From: an uncultured Candidatus Saccharibacteria bacterium
GTDB lineage: Bacteria > Patescibacteriota > Minisyncoccia > JAHISW01 > Tagabacteraceae
DNA: 64,000 nucleotides
Reading direction: 5' to 3'
Assembly (NCBI GenBank): GCA_964601305.1
Contig: CAZRMW010000001.1
Span: 34,376-98,375, forward strand
Part shown: piece after piece, positions 27,794-37,620 of the stretch
Numbering within the stretch: position 1 is the stretch's first letter
Layout: each line of letters starts with the position of its first letter
The notes under the pieces: generated by a model
Told to the model about the DNA's origin: nothing
Seen by the model: only the letters and a program-made list of their open reading frames with translations
The model's database searches: none
Made by a program: the position numbers and the translations under genes

Positions 27794-29185
27794 TTATTTA
27801 TCTATTTCATTTAAAACATTTTCAAAAATTTGAATCTGTTCTTTTAGTTTTTTTGCCGATATAATAATCGGTGGGCAAAAACGAATTACTTTTTTACCAC
27901 ACGGAGCAAGAAGAAGCGAAAGGTTTTTTTGTTTTTTAGCTAAGTTTATTACTGCATTTCTCACACTCGTGTCAAAAAATTCCATGCCAATCATCAATCC
28001 TTTGCCACGAATTGCCCACACTGTGTCCGGATGTTTTGCTACTATTTTTCGAAGAAGTACAAGCGCGTATTCGCCCATTTTTTGCGCGTTTTTAGTTTCG
28101 TCCACTGCTTCTTCAATTACCTCTAAATTAGCATGCACTGCCGCAGCTGGAATGGGAGAAGCATGCATACTTCCCGAATGCATCCCCGGCTCCAAATAGT
28201 TAAATTTTTCTTTGTTTGCGACAACGGCAGATATAGGCAGACCTGCACCCAAAGATTTTGAGAGAAGAATCATATCCGGCTCTATACCAAAGTGCTCACA
28301 GCCAAACATTTTTCCTGTACGCCCAAGCCCAGTTTGAATTTCATCTGCAATTATATATATTCCCTTCTCTCTCAAATAATTTACAAGATACACCAACCCA
28401 TCTTTATCTGGCACATTTATACCCCCTTCCCCTTGAATTGGTTCAAAGAAAAAACCAATAAACGGTGGGTGGTGACGAAGATTTAAAAAATAATCAACCT
28501 CGTCTTTAATTTGTTTCTTGGTAATATTTCCAGTTGGTAAAGTTAATCTTGCAACGCTACAGCTAGACGAAGCTCCCCACAAATGCACTGCTTTTGAATT
28601 AGACAACATTTGCGCCTCTCCATGCCTGCCATGAAAAGCCTTTCTAAATGCAAAAAAAGAAAAATTAAACATGTCATTGTGTTTTATAGAAAGAATTTTT
28701 TGTTTCCGTAATTTTTCAAGCTCCTCTGTGCTACACAGACCCCTGCTTCTCAAGTAAGAAATCCTTTGGATTTTTGCCGATACATTAACCGCCAAAGATC
28801 CTGAAGCTTCAAACATAACAAGCTTTTCAAAAGGCATTATTCTGTCGGTCAATTTTATCAATTTTTTTGCAAGCTCCACACGAGAAATTGTTGCCCAACT
28901 TCTTTTATCTTCTTTTTTTCTTATTCTTACGCTGTATGGCCAATCTGCAGAAATTACAGAAGTTAAAGCATCTGTCATAGCTTTTAGATAATATCTAACT
29001 TTTTTATGACAAAGCCCAGTATTATTTAAAGAGATTTGCGAAGTAGCATCTGTAAAAAGATTACCCTCAATGTCTTGAAAAGAACTCCCTGCTCCCCCTA
29101 CAATTACCGGCCCCTTATCGTCTACTGTTGTTGGAAATAAATACTTTTTTTCTTCGTCCATATACTTCTGAGTTTTTGTTTTCAT
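27794..29185 (-). CDS. Class III PLP aminotransferase (GabT/ArgD-like, divergent)
   Basis: AFHGR, EPIQGEGG, ADEIQTGLGRTG, LSKSLGAG, RFCPP. Confidence 0.88.
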   Translation of the reverse strand: MKTKTQKYMDEEKKYLFPTTVDDKGPVIVGGAGSSFQDIEGNLFTDATSQISLNNTGLCHKKVRYYLKAMTDALTSVISADWPYSVRIRKKEDKRSWATISRVELAKKLIKLTDRIMPFEKLVMFEASGSLAVNVSAKIQRISYLRSRGLCSTEELEKLRKQKILSIKHNDMFNFSFFAFRKAFHGRHGEAQMLSNSKAVHLWGASSSCSVARLTLPTGNITKKQIKDEVDYFLNLRHHPPFIGFFFEPIQGEGGINVPDKDGLVYLVNYLREKGIYIIADEIQTGLGRTGKMFGCEHFGIEPDMILLSKSLGAGLPISAVVANKEKFNYLEPGMHSGSMHASPIPAAAVHANLEVIEEAVDETKNAQKMGEYALVLLRKIVAKHPDTVWAIRGKGLMIGMEFFDTSVRNAVINLAKKQKNLSLLLAPCGKKVIRFCPPIIISAKKLKEQIQIFENVLNEIDK

Positions 29186-29311
29186 TTTTGTCTCCGCTTT
29201 TCAAGGTTTATTCTATACTTCTTGTACCACAAATAATGTTGTATTACAATGAAATCAGAAGCTTGAAAGCCACGCCGTAACCTACAGATGCAGTTGGGCA
29301 GGGAGGGAAAA

Positions 29312-29629
29312 ATGATAAGAAAAGAACTTTCAAAATTTGAAAAAACAATAGCAAATCTCTGTATTTGGAGCCTAAGAAAACATGATTTTTTAGTTTTTTG
29401 GGTAGGAACAATGTCTGGGTTCATAGGAAGTGCTTTAATTTTTCTGCTATTTATAGACAAAATGACTACAACAATTGGAATCTTAGGTATCAGTTTTTTG
29501 CTCTTGATCCTTTTTTTAATTCTCGCAAGATGGAAATATTTAAATAAAATAAAAGATTACCCCGAAGCAAAAGAAGCTTATGAGGCCATGTTGGAACTAA
29601 TAAAAAAAAGAGGATATATAAAAAAATAA
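29312..29629 (+). CDS. Two-TM hypothetical protein
   Basis: ATG after GGGAGGG; terminator hairpin just downstream. Confidence 0.6.
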   Translation: MIRKELSKFEKTIANLCIWSLRKHDFLVFWVGTMSGFIGSALIFLLFIDKMTTTIGILGISFLLLILFLILARWKYLNKIKDYPEAKEAYEAMLELIKKRGYIKK

Positions 29630-29674
29630 AAAGCCCTTGCCTTATTGGCAAAGGGTTTTTATTATACAAATACA

Positions 29675-31750
29675 ATGAAATATTATATTTTTACATTTGG
29701 GTGTGGCGCCAACCACGCTGACAGTGAAAGAATCGCCAGAAAATTGAAAGCCCTCGGCCACAAAAAAGCAGTTTCTTCCAAAGAGGCTAGTTTAATAGTG
29801 CTCAATGCCTGCTCTGTTAGAAAATCTGCTATAGATAGAGTTTATGGCAAAGTAAAAAATCTAAAAAACAAGCAAATTATACTAGCAGGCTGTCTCCTTG
29901 ATTCAGATAGAAAAAAATTAGAAAAAAAAGTAAAAGCTATTTGGCATCCAGACGAATATTTCGATTTATCCCCCATAAACGAAACTTCTTTTCGTGCGCT
30001 TATACCAATCACAAAAGGTTGTAATAATTTTTGTTCGTACTGTGCTGTGCCCTACACACGAGGAAAAGAAAAATCTCGCCCAGCAAAAGACATAATCAAT
30101 GAAATTAAAGAATTAATAAAAAATAATTATAAAGAAATATGGCTGTTGGGACAAAATGTAAATAGCTATAAATCTGGGAAAACAAATTTTCCAAAACTTC
30201 TTCAGAAAATAAACAAGATTGAAGGTAATTTTTGGATAAAATTTACTTCCCCTCACCCAAAGGATTTCTCCAACGAATTAATACAAACTATAAAAAAATG
30301 TGAAAAGGTTACCAACTACATAAACCTGCCTGTTCAATCTGGGGACAATGAAATTTTGAAGAAAATGAATCGAAAATATACACGCCAGCACTACATTAAG
30401 CTTGTAAACAAAATTAAAAAAGCTATTCCAGATGTAGCAATTTCTACAGATACTATCGTAGGATTCCCTGGAGAAACACGCACTCAATTTAAAAACACTC
30501 TAGATTTGTACAAAAAAATTAAATTCGATATGGCTTTTATTTCACAATACTCCCCTCGCACAGGCACCGTATCCGCACGAACTATGAAAGACAACATAAA
30601 ACACATAAAAAAAGAAAAGCGCGACAAAGAGCTTACAAAAGTATTAGCCAAATATTCGCTCGAGAAAAATAAAAAATTAGTTGGGCAAACTATAAAAGTT
30701 TTAATTGACTCACAAAAAGACACTAATTTTTTTGGCCGCACAGAAGGCAACAAAATAGTTAAAATAAATAAAACTGATTCTATAAGTATAGGAAAATTTG
30801 TAGATATAAAAATAACAAAAGCTACCTCTTGGAAGCTGGAGGGAGAAATCGCTCCTACAAAAATTATAGTAGTTTTGGGCCCCACAAGCTCTGGAAAAAG
30901 CGACTTAGCTGTAGATATAGCTCTTCAATTCCCTTCTGAAATTATTTCTGCAGATTCTAGGCAAGTTTATAAACACATACCTATCGGTACAGGGGCTATA
31001 ACCAAAAAAGAAATGAAGGGTATTTCCCATCATTTGCTAGGTTTTGTAAATCCCAAAAAAACATATACTGCAATAGATTTTAAAAAAGATGCAGAAAAAG
31101 CTATAAAAGAAATTCTAAACAAAAACAAAATACCAATAATATGTGGTGGCACAGGGTTTTATATACAAACACTTTTAAGTGGCAATAATTTACCAAAAGT
31201 AAAACCAAACTGGCCTCTTAGAAAAAAAATGGAGAAAAAAACAGCAGGCCAACTTTTTAAACAACTTCAAAAGCTCGACCCCAAACGCGCTAAAAACATA
31301 GATTCAAAAAACAAGCGGCGTTTAATTCGTGCTATCGAGATTGCTATCAAATTAACGAAGTCGGACTTCGATAGTTCACTACCGAAATCCGACTTCAATA
31401 GTTGGGATGTGCTGTATTTAGGTATAGAAAGAAAAAGTGGTAATTTAGAAAAACTTATCAGAAAAAGAATTTTGGGACTTATAAAAAGAGGGCTTTTGGC
31501 AGAAGTAAAAAATTTAAGAAAGAAAAAAGTCTCCTGGAAAAGAATAGACGAACTAGGTTTTGAGTATAAATACCCAGCTCAATATATCCGCGAAGAAATA
31601 AATAAAGAAGAAATGGTAGAAAAAATACTTACAGGAAATAATAAGTACGCAAAAAGACAGATGACTTGGTTTTTAAAATATACCCCAAAGACAATTTGGG
31701 TAAAAAATTCTAAGGAAGCTATGAAATTATCTAAAAAATTTTTAGACTAA
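29675..31750 (+). CDS. miaB-miaA: Fused MiaB methylthiotransferase (UPF0004, radical SAM, TRAM) and MiaA tRNA dimethylallyltransferase
   Basis: TFGC, NACSVR, GCNNFCSYC, then GPTSSGKS, SADSRQVY, GGTGFY, YAKRQMTW in one ORF. Confidence 0.93.
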   Translation: MKYYIFTFGCGANHADSERIARKLKALGHKKAVSSKEASLIVLNACSVRKSAIDRVYGKVKNLKNKQIILAGCLLDSDRKKLEKKVKAIWHPDEYFDLSPINETSFRALIPITKGCNNFCSYCAVPYTRGKEKSRPAKDIINEIKELIKNNYKEIWLLGQNVNSYKSGKTNFPKLLQKINKIEGNFWIKFTSPHPKDFSNELIQTIKKCEKVTNYINLPVQSGDNEILKKMNRKYTRQHYIKLVNKIKKAIPDVAISTDTIVGFPGETRTQFKNTLDLYKKIKFDMAFISQYSPRTGTVSARTMKDNIKHIKKEKRDKELTKVLAKYSLEKNKKLVGQTIKVLIDSQKDTNFFGRTEGNKIVKINKTDSISIGKFVDIKITKATSWKLEGEIAPTKIIVVLGPTSSGKSDLAVDIALQFPSEIISADSRQVYKHIPIGTGAITKKEMKGISHHLLGFVNPKKTYTAIDFKKDAEKAIKEILNKNKIPIICGGTGFYIQTLLSGNNLPKVKPNWPLRKKMEKKTAGQLFKQLQKLDPKRAKNIDSKNKRRLIRAIEIAIKLTKSDFDSSLPKSDFNSWDVLYLGIERKSGNLEKLIRKRILGLIKRGLLAEVKNLRKKKVSWKRIDELGFEYKYPAQYIREEINKEEMVEKILTGNNKYAKRQMTWFLKYTPKTIWVKNSKEAMKLSKKFLD

Positions 31751-32877
31751 TTATAAACAGGTACACTATTTGCGATTTGATATGCTTCTATCTTCAGACT
31801 CTTTCCGTTGTTGTAGTAATTATTAAAATCACTCCCCTCTTTTGAGCCAATATTTACAATAGCATTTGATAAATTTTGCACTGCTTGATTAAACAAGTCT
31901 GCTGATTCTACTATATTATTTACCGTAGTCTGATAAGTATATGGAGTTCTATTTTCATACAAATCTGTAGCTCCTTCTTTAGCGTCGTTAAATAAATCTC
32001 TAGCACGGCTTACAAAAGTAAAAGCAGCGACATCGTTTGATTTGTCTATTTCAGAAATTGCAGAGTTTAAATGATCGTTTCCATCTTTTAGCATACCTAC
32101 ATATATTTGCATCTCGTTGCTTAGTTTTTCTAGTTTTTCCATTTCTGCTTGCCTCTCAAGCTCTTCTGCCCTCCTTTGCTCAGCTTCTATTTGTGCTTGA
32201 GTTTCGTTTATTTTGTTTTGAGATTGTTGCAATAAAGTTTGTGTAGACTGTAAGGCTTCTTCAGTTTGTTTTTTTTGTGAAGATGTTTGTTGGAGTGCAG
32301 ATTCTATTTGGGACTTAGACCTCTCTACCTGCTCCCTTTTTGTTTCTTCTTTTTTTATTGCCTGCCTTAAATTATTTATTTTATAAGAAACTTCTTCCTC
32401 AAAAGAACTAATTAAATCTTTCGACTGACCATACAAAAGCACTGCTTCCTCGTAAAACTTAAACTCTTCATTTAAAACTGCTTCGCTGTTTTTTAATAAA
32501 ACTTCAACACTAATCCAATCTTCTTTCTCTGCTGCTTCTTTTGCTCTTAAAAAATTCTCTTCGGCAATAAAAAGTTTTTTAACACTTTCTATTTTTATTT
32601 CAACCTCATTGTTTTCTGAATTTTTTTCTTTTAGTTTGTCGTAAAGGACGAGAGCTGCTGAATAATTACCACTAGAGGTTTCCTCTAATGCTTCTTCTGT
32701 AAGCTTTTTTTCTACATATCTATTAACTAAATTGTTAGCCAATGCCACTCCTGAAAACAAGCAAAACACGACAAAAGAAGCTAATAAAACTTTTTTGTTC
32801 ATTTTTAACTTTAAATTTGGCCTGAATCTAAGCTTTGAAGTTTTTTTTGTTTCTTTTGGTTTTATGTCGTCCATCAT
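31747..32877 (-). CDS. Membrane-anchored coiled-coil hypothetical protein
   Basis: N-terminal TM, long Q/E-rich helix. Confidence 0.7.
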   Translation of the reverse strand: MMDDIKPKETKKTSKLRFRPNLKLKMNKKVLLASFVVFCLFSGVALANNLVNRYVEKKLTEEALEETSSGNYSAALVLYDKLKEKNSENNEVEIKIESVKKLFIAEENFLRAKEAAEKEDWISVEVLLKNSEAVLNEEFKFYEEAVLLYGQSKDLISSFEEEVSYKINNLRQAIKKEETKREQVERSKSQIESALQQTSSQKKQTEEALQSTQTLLQQSQNKINETQAQIEAEQRRAEELERQAEMEKLEKLSNEMQIYVGMLKDGNDHLNSAISEIDKSNDVAAFTFVSRARDLFNDAKEGATDLYENRTPYTYQTTVNNIVESADLFNQAVQNLSNAIVNIGSKEGSDFNNYYNNGKSLKIEAYQIANSVPVYN

Positions 32878-32936
32878 TACTTTTATTATAGCTTCCTAGC
32901 CACATTTAGGACAAGTAAAGTGTGTGAATAAACTTA

Positions 32937-33407
32937 CTACATCACAGAAAATTTTTTATTTTTCAAATCAACTAGATGTAGGCCAAACAAATTTGTATTT
33001 AATTTTTTAAATCCAAGTTTTTGATACAAAATATTAGCCCCCTTTCTTTCAGAACTAGAGCCACTTGTTAAATATACGGATCTCACTTTTCTTTTTTTTG
33101 CTTCTTTCAACAATACTTTCATAAGTTTTTTACCAATTCCCTGGTGTCGATAATCTTTGTCAACAAATACGTCATCTATCATTGCTTTCTTGCAAACATA
33201 TATTTCCACAAAATGTATAGAAGCTGTGCCTACAATTTTCTCTTCATCAAAAGCTCCAAAAGAAATAAAATCTCCGTCCAAAATTCTCTTGATATCTATC
33301 TCTGACAAGCTCTTAGCATTTTTAGTAAGTTGCTTCATCAAGCTATTTAAAGACTTAATAAACTCTTCGTTTATATCTTTCTTTTTTATTTGTCTTATTT
33401 TTACCAT
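32937..33407 (-). CDS. GNAT N-acetyltransferase
   Basis: IDDVFVDKDYRHQGIGKKL, ANILYQKLGF. Confidence 0.9.
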   Translation of the reverse strand: MVKIRQIKKKDINEEFIKSLNSLMKQLTKNAKSLSEIDIKRILDGDFISFGAFDEEKIVGTASIHFVEIYVCKKAMIDDVFVDKDYRHQGIGKKLMKVLLKEAKKRKVRSVYLTSGSSSERKGANILYQKLGFKKLNTNLFGLHLVDLKNKKFSVM

Positions 33408-33467
33408 ATAAAATATAGTGAACTAAATACTAAGTTTATTTCATGATACTCTAAAAAACCTGTGTTT

Positions 33468-33647
33468 TTACTTCTTCCAGTCTTCTAAAATTATTCTGCT
33501 TCCAACTTTTCGGACTTTTATTTTTTGTCTTTCTCGCCATTTCAACTCACGCACAATTTCAATAGGTAAAGTTAGCCCCATACTTCGTCCCCCACCCATT
33601 CTTGTTAATTTCCTCAAATTTTTCTCTTTTAATTTTCGTCTTGCCAT
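33468..33647 (-). CDS. AbrB/MazE-like DNA-binding protein (59 aa)
   Basis: Manual translation MARRKLKEKNLRKLTRMGGGRSMGLTLPIEIVRELKWRERQKIKV...; below ORF-track cutoff. Confidence 0.8.
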   Translation of the reverse strand: MARRKLKEKNLRKLTRMGGGRSMGLTLPIEIVRELKWRERQKIKVRKVGSRIILEDWKK

Positions 33648-33666
33648 ATTTTGAGTATATCATACC

Positions 33667-33702
33667 TGCTACTGAATTAAATACTGAATTAATTCAGTAG
33701 CA
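33667..33702. promoter_or_regulatory. Palindromic candidate AbrB operator
   Basis: TGCTACTGAATTAA-ATACTGAA-TTAATTCAGTAGCA. Confidence 0.6.
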
Positions 33703-33749
33703 AGAAAAAAGTACAAAACACCGCGACCGCTACATTTTGTACTTTTTTA

Positions 33750-33876
33750 TTTCGAGCACGGGATGAGGGAATCGGTCACAAATCACTAAGTATATTTCTT
33801 CGCTACGCTCGAAATCTACAAAGTGTTCGCGACCCCGCCTCCTTCACTTCGTTCAGTCCGGCATTCGATTCCCTCC
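33750..33876 (-). repeat. tRNA-Trp 3'-end duplication with structured insert
   Basis: 33750-33774 identical to 33927-33951; GAGGGAATCG...CGATTCCCTC inverted ends. Confidence 0.8.
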
Positions 33877-33933
33877 TTTTTCTGAACTTACAAAACAAAA
33901 AACATGGCATTTAGCCATCTTTTTTGTTTCGAG

Positions 33934-34004
33934 CACGGGATGAGGGAATCGAACCCCCGACCGCGGTTTTGGAGACCGCTATTATACCACTTAACTAATC
34001 CCGC
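33934..34004 (-). tRNA. tRNA-Trp(CCA)
   Basis: GCGGGAT acceptor stem, loop CTCCAAA, GGTTCGATTCC. Confidence 0.95.
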
Positions 34005-34074
34005 TTTTGTTTTTCTGGTTATACTGATAGTATAACAGAAGATAAAAATTTTCTACAGAAAAGGATCTTTAAAA

Positions 34075-34422
34075 ATGAACGAAAAAAATTTTGAAAGATA
34101 TTGTCCAAAATGCAACAAAAAAGCTGAAAAGTGCAATCAATCCATTTTTAGAGTAATTAGCTGGTTCAGCACAGTAAAAAGAATTGATATAATCTATTTT
34201 CTTTGCAGTAATTGTCGATTAGTTTATATAGACAAAAGTATTGTTTTAAAAATTATAAGTGATTTTAGAAGATCTTTGAGAAAAGACCAGAGAAAGAAAC
34301 TTTCCCACCTAGAGACGTACCAGAGAATTTTAAAAACACTAGAAAAAGATATTTCAGAATTTAGAGTAAATCGTCTTGGATATAGAAAAGTAGATCGTTT
34401 CAACAAAAAGCCTAGCAAATGA
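34075..34422 (+). CDS. Hypothetical Zn-finger protein
   Basis: CPKC...CSNC; terminator at the 3' end. Confidence 0.6.
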   Translation: MNEKNFERYCPKCNKKAEKCNQSIFRVISWFSTVKRIDIIYFLCSNCRLVYIDKSIVLKIISDFRRSLRKDQRKKLSHLETYQRILKTLEKDISEFRVNRLGYRKVDRFNKKPSK

Positions 34423-34435
34423 TTGCCAGGGCTTT

Positions 34436-34597
34436 TTATTTTTTTTTGCCTTCTTTGTGTGGCGTACGCTTCTTACACCACTTGCAAAACTTACTGAACT
34501 CTATTTTACGCTCAACTTTTTTCTTGTTTTTGCGGGTCCAGTAATTGATTCTTTTACATTCTCCGCAAAGTAGTTTAATTAGTTTGTCTTGGCTCAT
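34436..34597 (-). CDS. rpmG: 50S ribosomal protein L33 (Zn-binding type)
   Basis: Manual translation MSQDKLIKLLCGECKRINYWTRKNKKKVERKIEFSKFCKWCKKRTPHKEGKKK. Confidence 0.93.
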   Translation of the reverse strand: MSQDKLIKLLCGECKRINYWTRKNKKKVERKIEFSKFCKWCKKRTPHKEGKKK

Positions 34598-34635
34598 AGG
34601 GAATAATATATATCAAGACAGCCAAAAAAGCAACG

Positions 34636-34856
34636 GTGGGGAGGGATTCGGTCACAAGTCTGCCTGTATAGAGGGATTCGGCCGCTCTCGTGGATCTCGT
34701 TTCGTGCTACGCACTCGCTGCGATCTCACTCCCTCGGCCCCCACTCGGGCTGTCGTCCGCCCAAGGCGGACTCGCTTCACCAGCCCTCGGTTCGAATCCT
34801 TCCTCACTGCAAAACAGTAAAGCCTCAATGCTTCGCATTGAGACTAAACTGTTTTG
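34636..34856 (-). repeat. GC-rich structured element with two tRNA-Tyr T-arm copies
   Basis: GAGGGATTCG at about 34641 and 34671; inverted TTCGAATCCTTC at about 34791. Confidence 0.75.
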
Positions 34857-34941
34857 TGCATGGGGAGGGATTCGAACCCCCGTAGTCCGTTAGGACGACA
34901 GTTTTACAGACTGTTGCATTTAGCCACTCTGCCACCCATGC
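34857..34941 (-). tRNA. tRNA-Tyr(GTA)
   Basis: GCATGGG acceptor stem, loop CTGTAAA, long variable arm; starts 3 nt after the clpB stop. Confidence 0.95.
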
Positions 34942-34944
34942 AAA

Positions 34945-37608
34945 TTACGCTACTTTCACTTTATTTTTAGTTCTCTTTTTGGGTTTCTTTTTAGAAACAC
35001 CCTCTACTGCCAGCTCGTTATTCTTTACTTTTACACTCACCAAATCGCCTTTAGATATATTATCAGAAATAATTAGTTCGGCAACTGTATTTAAAATTTT
35101 GTTTTGAATTAGTCGCTTCAAAGGTCTCGCTCCATATTGTGGACTAAAACCTTGTTGCGCCAAAAGAAACAAAGCATCGTTTGATATTTTAAATCCAATA
35201 TCTTTCACCTTTAGTCTGTCTACAACTTCTTCTATTTGAATTTTAACAATTTCTTTCAAGTCGCCTGTTGTAAGTCTGTTGAAAATAACCACCTCGTCTA
35301 GTCTGTTTATAAATTCCGGTCTAAAACGAGTCTCTAATGCTCTATTAATTTTTTCCTTCAGAGATTGTTCTTGAGCTTTTTGTGTTGAACCAGTAGAAAA
35401 ACCGATTTGAGAAATTTTTCTCACATATTCAGAGCCTACATTTGATGTCATTATAAGAATTGTGTTTTTGAAGTTTACATGCCTCCCTTTTGCATCTGTA
35501 AGTCGTCCATTGTCTAAAATCTGAAGCATTATATTAAACACCTCTGGATGAGCTTTTTCTATTTCGTCAAAAAGAACTACAGAGTATGGCCTATGCCTAA
35601 TTGTCTCGGTAAGTTGTCCGCCCTCTTCATGCCCTACATAGCCCGGAGGAGAACCCATCATTTTAGAAACCGCGTGCTTCTCCATATATTCAGACATATC
35701 CACTCTAATAAGCGCCTTTTCGTCGTTGAACATAAATTTGGCAAGAGTTTTTGCTAACTCCGTTTTACCAATACCTGTTTGCCCCAAAAACATAAATGAA
35801 CCAATAGGTTTTTCCATATCTGAAATACCAGCTCTCGATCTACGTATAGCTTGAGCAATCTTTTTAATTGCCTCGTCTTGCCCTATTACTTTCTTTCTTA
35901 GAGTCTCTTCAATCTTAAGTAGTTTTTTAGCTTCAGTCTCAAGCATTTTATTTACAGGAATACCTGTCCACCTAGAAACAACATCAGCTATTTCTTCTTC
36001 TGTAATCTCTTCTTTAAGAACTTTTCTTGAAATCTGTAATTTCTTAAGTCTTGTTTCTTGTTTTCTAAGCTCTTCTTCAGCTTCTGGAATATTGCCATAG
36101 CGAATCTCTGCAACTCTAGTAAGATTACCCCTCCTCTCCTCATTGTCGGCCTCAAGACGCATTGTTTCTAATTCGCTTTTTAGTTGTCTTATTTGCAAAA
36201 TTGTTTCTTTTTCGTTTTTCCACTTAAGCTCTGTTGAAGAAACCTGTTCTTTTAGGTCATCTATTTCTTTGTTTATTTTTTTAATTTTTGTTTTGGCTTT
36301 GCTGTCGCTTTTTAAAGCTTCTTTTTCAATTTCCAAATTTCTTATTTTTTTATAAGTAATTTCTAAATCTTTAGGCATACTATCTAGCTCCAATCTAAGA
36401 GCAGATGAAGATTCGTCTATCAAATCTATCGCTTTATCCGGCAAAAACCTATCTGTGATATACCTACTTGAAAGATGTACCGCAGATTTTATAGCAGGGT
36501 CAGTAATACGAACACCATGGTGAAGTTCGTACTTTTCTTTTATGCCTCTTAAAATTGCTATTGTATCTTCTTGAGAAGGCTCTTCTACATAAATCGGCTG
36601 AAATCTTCTCGTAAGCGCTGGATCTTTTTCTATGTATTTTTGGTATTCTTTTAATGTAGTAGCTCCAACAGCTCGAAGCTCCCCTCTTGCCAAAGCTGGT
36701 TTTAACAAATTAGAAGCATCTATGGCGCCCTCTGCTCCACCTGCACCAATAATAGTGTGAAGCTCGTCTATAAAAAGAATCACTTTGCCTTTTGCTCTTT
36801 CTATTTCTCTCATCAACATTTTAAGCCTGTCTTCAAATTCTCCACGATATTTTGTGCCTGCTACTAAAGACCCAATATCTAAAGATATTACTTCTTTGTC
36901 TTTTAAAGAATCTGGCACCTCGCCTTGGGCAATTCTTTGACTAAGACCTTCTACTACAGCTGTTTTCCCGACTCCGGCCTCACCAATAAGCACTGGGTTA
37001 TTTTTTGTTCTTCTAGATAAAATTTGCATTATTCGCCTTATTTCTTCCTCCCTGCCTATTACTGGATCTAGTTTGTCTTCCCTCGCCATTTTAGTAAGAT
37101 TTCTGGAATATTTTTCTAAAATCTTGAGCTTGCTTTTTTCTGTGGCATCATGAACTTTTTGATCACCGCTAATATTTTTTAAAACATTTAAAATACTTTC
37201 TTTCTCTACACGATGCTTTAGTAAAATTTCTTTCGCTTTAGACTGAACTTCTGAAAGACCCAAAAGCAAATGCTCTGTTGATATAAAATTATTTCCAACA
37301 GTTTTTGCCACTTTGAAAGACGCTTCAATAACCCTACCTAAATCTGGGGTAAGGTATACTTGCTGAATAGGCATCACCACTCCTCCTCCACTTGATTCGT
37401 CAAGTTCGTCTAGTATAGAATCTGTTAGAAAATTAATGTCTATTTCTAATTTATCAAAAATTGAAAACACTACGCTATCATCCTGAAGCACTAGTGCAGC
37501 TAAAAGATGAAGCGTGTCGATCTGAGTTTGACCCCGCTCCATAGCTAGTTCATGTGCTCTTCTAATTGCTTCTTGAGCTTTCGCTGTAAAATTCGAAAAT
37601 GGTAACAT
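34945..37608 (-). CDS. clpB: ATP-dependent chaperone ClpB
   Basis: Clp N domain, two Walker A motifs ([16 protein letters not shown]), long middle coiled coil. Confidence 0.93.
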   Translation of the reverse strand: MLPFSNFTAKAQEAIRRAHELAMERGQTQIDTLHLLAALVLQDDSVVFSIFDKLEIDINFLTDSILDELDESSGGGVVMPIQQVYLTPDLGRVIEASFKVAKTVGNNFISTEHLLLGLSEVQSKAKEILLKHRVEKESILNVLKNISGDQKVHDATEKSKLKILEKYSRNLTKMAREDKLDPVIGREEEIRRIMQILSRRTKNNPVLIGEAGVGKTAVVEGLSQRIAQGEVPDSLKDKEVISLDIGSLVAGTKYRGEFEDRLKMLMREIERAKGKVILFIDELHTIIGAGGAEGAIDASNLLKPALARGELRAVGATTLKEYQKYIEKDPALTRRFQPIYVEEPSQEDTIAILRGIKEKYELHHGVRITDPAIKSAVHLSSRYITDRFLPDKAIDLIDESSSALRLELDSMPKDLEITYKKIRNLEIEKEALKSDSKAKTKIKKINKEIDDLKEQVSSTELKWKNEKETILQIRQLKSELETMRLEADNEERRGNLTRVAEIRYGNIPEAEEELRKQETRLKKLQISRKVLKEEITEEEIADVVSRWTGIPVNKMLETEAKKLLKIEETLRKKVIGQDEAIKKIAQAIRRSRAGISDMEKPIGSFMFLGQTGIGKTELAKTLAKFMFNDEKALIRVDMSEYMEKHAVSKMMGSPPGYVGHEEGGQLTETIRHRPYSVVLFDEIEKAHPEVFNIMLQILDNGRLTDAKGRHVNFKNTILIMTSNVGSEYVRKISQIGFSTGSTQKAQEQSLKEKINRALETRFRPEFINRLDEVVIFNRLTTGDLKEIVKIQIEEVVDRLKVKDIGFKISNDALFLLAQQGFSPQYGARPLKRLIQNKILNTVAELIISDNISKGDLVSVKVKNNELAVEGVSKKKPKKRTKNKVKVA

Positions 37609-37620
37609 AACGCTATTACT

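Noticed and set aside
33750-33876. Second or intron-containing tRNA
   Set aside because: Only the 3' T-arm and acceptor strand are present; no D or anticodon arm
34545-34893. Plus-strand ORFs of 91 and 67 aa
   Set aside because: Antisense to rpmG, the structured element and tRNA-Tyr; open by virtue of GC richness
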